Origin: an uncultured Arcobacteraceae bacterium
GTDB taxonomy: Bacteria > Campylobacterota > Campylobacteria > Campylobacterales > Arcobacteraceae
DNA: 64,000 nt
Direction of reading: 5' to 3'
Assembly: GCA_964022095.1 (NCBI GenBank)
Contig: CAXHZO010000010.1
Coordinates: 16,010 to 80,009 of the forward strand
This document shows positions 59,318-64,000 of this stretch, in pieces. The stretch's first letter is position 1, and each line of letters opens with the position of its first letter. A program made the position numbers and the translations under genes. The notes under the pieces are model-generated. The model had not been told where the DNA came from and made no database searches. It saw nothing but the letters and a program-made list of their open reading frames with translations.

Positions 59318-60461
59318 AGTTTAACTCTTTAAATTCACTATTCATATATTCAAATAAATAAACTTTATTTGATAGCTGATTATTCTTATATTTTAGTTTT
59401 ATATCTTTTAATAGATTTTGATAAGTTGTTTTTAGAGTTAGAGTTAGTTTATTTCTAGTTCTATCACCTTTTATTCTATCAAGTGCATTTACAAGTACTT
59501 TTGCTGCTAAAAAAGCTTCAAGTGAAATAAAGCCAAACTCTTCTTCTGGATAATATTTTCTCATCATATATTGATACTCTATTATTATATTTTTAGAAGT
59601 GTCATTATAGTAAGGAACAACTTGAGAGAAAATCAAGTTTTGAGTGTTTGTATTTAGTTTTTTAAGTTCTTTTATCATGGCGTTTGCATCACCAAATGAA
59701 ATATTACAAAATATTGTATCTTTGAAATGAATGTTCTGTTTAGCTTTTTTTATAAACAATGCATTTGATTTATTTGCTCCTATCATTATTATTGCTTCTG
59801 GTTTTGCATCTTTTATTTCATTAAAAGCATGATTTATAGATAGTGTGTTTCTTTTGTAAGATCCTTCTGCACTTAGTTTTAGACCTCTTTTATCAAGTGC
59901 TTTTATTATTGAAATATATCCTTCTTCCCCGTAATCATCATTTTGGTAAAAAACAGCAAATTTATTTAACTTTTTTTTCTCTTTTAAATAGTTAATTAAA
60001 GTCTCAATTTCATTTTCATATGAAGTTCTAAAGTTGATTATATTTTTATTTGAAGTTCGTCTTAAAAATGAAGCTCCTGTAAATGGTGCAAAAAATGGAA
60101 CATTAACTTCTTCAAGGGTTGGTAAAATAGATTTAACCGTTGGCGTTCCAACAAATCCAAATAAGGCATAAACATTTTTTTCAAAAAGTAGTTTTTGGAT
60201 GTTTTCCTGTGTAAGTTCAGGCTCATACTTATCATCATATGTTATAAACTCAATTGTTTTATCTTTTAATATTTTATGCTCATTTACATATTTAAAATAT
60301 GAATTTGCACCTGCGATAACAGAATCACCCCAGTCTTTACTTATACCAGTTTTTGGGAGACTAGAACCAATAGTAATCTTTTTTTCAGTATATATTTCTT
60401 CTTTGAAAAAATAGTAAGAAAATAAAAATATAAATAGTATGATTGGTGTCTTTTTTAACAT
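59310..60461 (-). CDS. LivJ-like periplasmic substrate-binding protein
   Basis: DDKYEP, FGFVGTPT, FTGA, FRTSY, YQNDDYG. Confidence 0.88.
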   Translation of the reverse strand: MLKKTPIILFIFLFSYYFFKEEIYTEKKITIGSSLPKTGISKDWGDSVIAGANSYFKYVNEHKILKDKTIEFITYDDKYEPELTQENIQKLLFEKNVYALFGFVGTPTVKSILPTLEEVNVPFFAPFTGASFLRRTSNKNIINFRTSYENEIETLINYLKEKKKLNKFAVFYQNDDYGEEGYISIIKALDKRGLKLSAEGSYKRNTLSINHAFNEIKDAKPEAIIMIGANKSNALFIKKAKQNIHFKDTIFCNISFGDANAMIKELKKLNTNTQNLIFSQVVPYYNDTSKNIIIEYQYMMRKYYPEEEFGFISLEAFLAAKVLVNALDRIKGDRTRNKLTLTLKTTYQNLLKDIKLKYKNNQLSNKVYLFEYMNSEFKELNYE

Positions 60462-60649
60462 ACTTTAGTTTACTAAAAAAATGGTAAATATAAGCTCTTT
60501 AATATTATCAATTATAAATAATGTGTAAAAAAGCATAAATTTTATACAAATGTCTAAAAAGGTAAAAAATATTTTAACATTTAAGTTTATATTAAAAATT
60601 AAGCAAATAGAATTAGGTAAAATAGTTTTGACCAAAAAGGGCATAGGTT

Positions 60650-62347
60650 ATGCAAGAATTTATATATTATAATCCAAAAGGTTTAGAGTTTCCTCTAAAC
60701 GAAGAGATTTTAGTAACTACAAGTTTAGATGAAATTAAAGATAAAGATTTTTTAGTTTCAAATAGTGTAGATACAAAATCTGAAGTAAATGCTGATGAAA
60801 TAGATTTTTATATCAAGAATAGTAAAGATGATTTTTCAAAAAAAATAAAAAATATATCAAATCTATATGAAATAGCAGCTACAAAATATGATTTCGCACA
60901 AGATATTTCATACTCTCAAGAAGTTACTAATCAATTACTTTTAATCACTAATAATAAAGAACAATATGAACATTTTATTTCAAGTATAAACTCAAGTGAT
61001 TTTGAGCTATTTCATATTAGTGAAGATATTGTAAAAAGCATTGATGGGCATATTGGAAACTTAACAGTTATTGTTGATGATGAAGGAAAAGATGTAGAAT
61101 TAAATGTATCTCAAATCGTTTGGTTTGATGCAAAAATCGAAGGAATGAAACAAAGTGGTTGTTTTGATCCAAACCTTTCAAGTGTAGATGAAGTAATAAC
61201 TACGATAAAAGAAAATACCAACTCGTATTCATATAAGAAAATCACAACATATGATAAAACAATTTGTCAATATGATAGTAGAAGAGAAGTTATTTGTTCG
61301 AAGTGTGAAGAAGTTTGTCCAAGTGTTGCAATTACAAAAGATGACGAAACAAAAACTTTAACATTTTCTCAAGTTGATTGTCATGGTTGTGGTGGTTGTG
61401 TTTCAGTTTGTCCAAGTGGCGCAATTGATTATACTCCAACAAGTAGAGAATCAATCTATGAAATCTCTAAGTTTTATAAAGATACTCATCCTTTAATTAT
61501 TCCTCAAAAAATGACAATGCAAAACTTAGAAGTTGAACTAAAAGAGAATATTCTTCCTTTTGGAATTGAAGGTGAGAAGTTTTTAGATGAAACAACACTT
61601 TTAACAATAGCTCAAATGTCAGGTTCTCAAATAGTTTTCTATACTGATTTTATATCAAAAGGTAGCGGAGATGCTATTAGAATTGTAAATGATATTTATC
61701 AAGCAAAATATGGAAAAGATGCAATTATTGTAGCAATGAATGAAGAAGAATTAATTCAAGCTATACAAAATGTAGATTTCATAGAAAATTCATACTTTAA
61801 CTTTAATCAAGATGGTCTTAGAAAAAGAGAAGCTTTTTCTCATAGAGTTCAAAAGATTGTTGGAAATGAAAATTTAGGTGAGGTAAAAACTGGTGAACAT
61901 GTTCATTATGGACTTGTAAAAGTAAATCAAGATAAATGTACTTTATGTTTAGTGTGTGTTGGGGCATGTAATGTTGATGCTCTTCAAGCAGATGCAAAAG
62001 ATAATACTTTAAGAATAAACCCCTCTTTATGTACATCATGTGGTTACTGTGAAGTTTCATGTCCTGAAAGTGATTGTTTGACAATTGAAAGAGATGTTAT
62101 AAAACTAGAGCCTATGTGGTTCAAAGAGAATGTTTTAGCTCAAGATAGTCTATTTGCATGTGTTGAGTGTGGAAAAGAGTTCGCAACAACAAAATCAGTA
62201 GAAAAGATTGCTGCAATGATGGGACCAATTTTTGCAAATGACCCAGTAAAAGAAAGAAGTCTTTACTGCTGTGCAGATTGTAAACCAAAAATTATGATGC
62301 AAAATTACTATGACCAAAAAACTAAAGGGGCAACAAATGCAAGATAA
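60650..62347 (+). CDS. 4Fe-4S dicluster protein at the head of the fdh cluster
   Basis: Multiple CxxCxxCxxxCP motifs. Confidence 0.9.
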   Translation: MQEFIYYNPKGLEFPLNEEILVTTSLDEIKDKDFLVSNSVDTKSEVNADEIDFYIKNSKDDFSKKIKNISNLYEIAATKYDFAQDISYSQEVTNQLLLITNNKEQYEHFISSINSSDFELFHISEDIVKSIDGHIGNLTVIVDDEGKDVELNVSQIVWFDAKIEGMKQSGCFDPNLSSVDEVITTIKENTNSYSYKKITTYDKTICQYDSRREVICSKCEEVCPSVAITKDDETKTLTFSQVDCHGCGGCVSVCPSGAIDYTPTSRESIYEISKFYKDTHPLIIPQKMTMQNLEVELKENILPFGIEGEKFLDETTLLTIAQMSGSQIVFYTDFISKGSGDAIRIVNDIYQAKYGKDAIIVAMNEEELIQAIQNVDFIENSYFNFNQDGLRKREAFSHRVQKIVGNENLGEVKTGEHVHYGLVKVNQDKCTLCLVCVGACNVDALQADAKDNTLRINPSLCTSCGYCEVSCPESDCLTIERDVIKLEPMWFKENVLAQDSLFACVECGKEFATTKSVEKIAAMMGPIFANDPVKERSLYCCADCKPKIMMQNYYDQKTKGATNAR

Positions 62348-63116
62348 TCAAGCAATACAAAAAGCAAGAGCTTTATATTACAACCTTTTTGCAAACTTTT
62401 TTGTACCTACTGAAAAGTTAGAAGATTATATAGCGCTTGTAAGTTTAATTAATTTATTAAAAGAAAATCCATTTGATCCAGAATCAGGGAAGGCCTTACA
62501 AAATATTAGTGAAATGTTAGATTCAAGTTCAAATGTAAAATTACTTCAAGAGTATGATGACCTTTTTCATAATCCAATTACAAAGAAAATAAGACAAACA
62601 GCATCATATTATGATGAAGGTGTTGAATCAGGTAAAAAAAGAGTTGAAATGATCAACTTTGTTGGTAAAACAAAAATCAGAAGAGATGAAAAGAAATACT
62701 TTGAATATGAAGATTCAGTAGGATTTTTATTCACATTTATGTCTGAACTAAGTGATAATATAGCTAATGGAGAAACACAATATCAAAATACTGTTCATTG
62801 TGTTTTTGATCAAATAATGAATGACTTTATTGATGAATTTGCAAAAGAGATATACGAACATGATAGTGCAGTAATTTTCAAAGAATTAATGATTGTTTTA
62901 CACTCATTTGTGGAATTTGAAAGATTATTTTTAGAGGTTTCAAAACCTAAACCAAAAGAAAAAATTCAAAAAGATTCTTGTGTAGTTGAAGAAATTAGTG
63001 AAGAAGAAAAAGCTAGACGTGCTAAAAACAAAGCACTTAAAGCAATGGGTCCAAAAAAGACTCAAGATGAGTCTTGTCCAATTGATGTTCACTATGATGT
63101 GGAGACTGATATTTAG
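62337..63116 (+). CDS. TorD/DmsD-family chaperone
   Basis: RALYYNLFA, EYDDLF, TASYY, EDSVG; upstream of fdhA. Confidence 0.85.
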   Translation: MQDNQAIQKARALYYNLFANFFVPTEKLEDYIALVSLINLLKENPFDPESGKALQNISEMLDSSSNVKLLQEYDDLFHNPITKKIRQTASYYDEGVESGKKRVEMINFVGKTKIRRDEKKYFEYEDSVGFLFTFMSELSDNIANGETQYQNTVHCVFDQIMNDFIDEFAKEIYEHDSAVIFKELMIVLHSFVEFERLFLEVSKPKPKEKIQKDSCVVEEISEEEKARRAKNKALKAMGPKKTQDESCPIDVHYDVETDI

Positions 63117-63216
63117 TGTAGGAAATTCCTACACTATGAGGTTTTATAAAGGCAGTTTTGCTGTTTTTATAAAGTCTCTATATTTTAGGGGCTTATTTTC
63201 TATAAGGAGGACAGTC

Positions 63217-63426
63217 GTGCAAAAAAGCAGAAGAGAGTTTGCAAAGAAAACTGCAATCGTAACGGCAGGTGCAGCTACTATCGCTGGAACTAGTGTATTG
63301 GCTGCTACTGGTGAGTCTGTACAGTCAGATTCAAATAATGGTGTTGTTGTAGGATCATCTAGAAAAAAAGAGATTCTTTACAAAAAAACAGCGACTTGGG
63401 ATGAATATTACAAGAGCGCAAAATAA
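63217..63426 (+). CDS. Small Tat-signal protein of the fdh operon
   Basis: GTG start after AAGGAGG; SRREFAK; WDEYYKSAK. Confidence 0.85.
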   Translation: MQKSRREFAKKTAIVTAGAATIAGTSVLAATGESVQSDSNNGVVVGSSRKKEILYKKTATWDEYYKSAK

Positions 63427-63442
63427 AAACTAGGAGAGGCGT

Positions 63443-64000
63443 ATGTCAGTAAATACATATGAATCTTTAAATGCAAAAGTAGGTAGACGGTCATTTATGA
63501 AAATGGCTGCAGTTGCCTCAGCATTTGGAGTTACATCAGCTTTTGCTAGCACAAACGCAACAAGGAAAGCTACTGAGGAAGAGATAAAAAATCCTTTCCC
63601 AGGTTCTAAGATGGTTAAATCTATCTGTACAGCTTGTTCTGTTGGTTGTGGTGTTATAGCAGAAGTGCAAAATGGTGTTTGGGTAAGACAAGAAGTTGCT
63701 CAAGATCACCCTGTATCTCTTGGAGGGCACTGTTGTAAAGGTGCTGATATGATTGATATGGTTAGATCAGAAGTAAGAGTTAAACACCCGATGGTTAAAA
63801 GAGGTGGAAAATGGCAGAGAATTTCTTGGGATGAAGCATTAGATAATATTTCTAATAAACTTGAATCTTTAAGAAAAAATGATGGTCCAGATTCTGCAAT
63901 GTTTTTAGGTTCAGCAAAATTCAATACAGAGCAATCGTATTATTTTAGAAAATTTGCTGCAATGTTTGGAACTAATAATATAGATCACCAAGCTAGAATT
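63443..64000 (+). CDS. fdhA: Formate dehydrogenase alpha subunit, N-terminal part (runs off the window)
   Basis: GRRSFMK Tat motif, CTACSVGC, HCCKG, ISWDEAL, FGTNNIDHQARI; missing from the ORF track because there is no stop in the window. Confidence 0.93.
   Translation, partial: MSVNTYESLNAKVGRRSFMKMAAVASAFGVTSAFASTNATRKATEEEIKNPFPGSKMVKSICTACSVGCGVIAEVQNGVWVRQEVAQDHPVSLGGHCCKGADMIDMVRSEVRVKHPMVKRGGKWQRISWDEALDNISNKLESLRKNDGPDSAMFLGSAKFNTEQSYYFRKFAAMFGTNNIDHQARI

Noticed and set aside
62986-63216. 146-aa ORF starting at 62986
   Set aside because: Overlaps the chaperone gene and the intergenic hairpins; the strong SD and Tat motif indicate a GTG start at 63217
4136-63924. Short antisense or alternate-frame ORFs in the track (e.g. 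4136, 4857, 7757, 9729, 27532, 36302, 44502, 51331, 63536, 63706)
   Set aside because: They lie within well-supported genes, lack motifs and have shadow-frame composition

Overview
Very AT-rich chromosomal window, most consistent with an Arcobacteraceae (Campylobacterota) genome; this is inferred from gene content and style, not from a search. The backbone carries many signalling genes (GGDEF/EAL, Cache and other histidine kinases, MCP, HDOD), ppiC, pdxH, a PIN-PhoH/HD-hydrolase pair, a tRNA-Gln-Tyr-Phe-Leu cluster, the selenocysteine machinery (selB, selA, selC, and a selD that itself has an in-frame UGA), dbpA, a transglutaminase/metal-binding operon, a YyaL-like pseudogene and the start of a formate dehydrogenase operon. 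Two integrated elements with visible att sites interrupt it. Element 1 (~8.0 kb, 10131-18129) sits in the 3' end of tRNA-Leu(TAA). It has an SSB-like/Rep_trans rolling-circle module, Xis and integrase but no virion or conjugation genes, and carries a metallophosphoesterase-STAND NTPase candidate defence gene. Element 2 (~18.7 kb, 31856-50581) is an integrative mobilizable element with trbJKL, traJ/traI/traK and an RP4-like oriT. It inserted at a tRNA-Arg(TCG)-like relic, not at the neighbouring selC. Its cargo is a C5-methyltransferase / GHKL-ATPase-histidine-kinase / receiver-effector operon, a reversed-order mcrC-mcrB pair and a HipBST-like toxin-antitoxin module. No CRISPR array or rRNA was seen.
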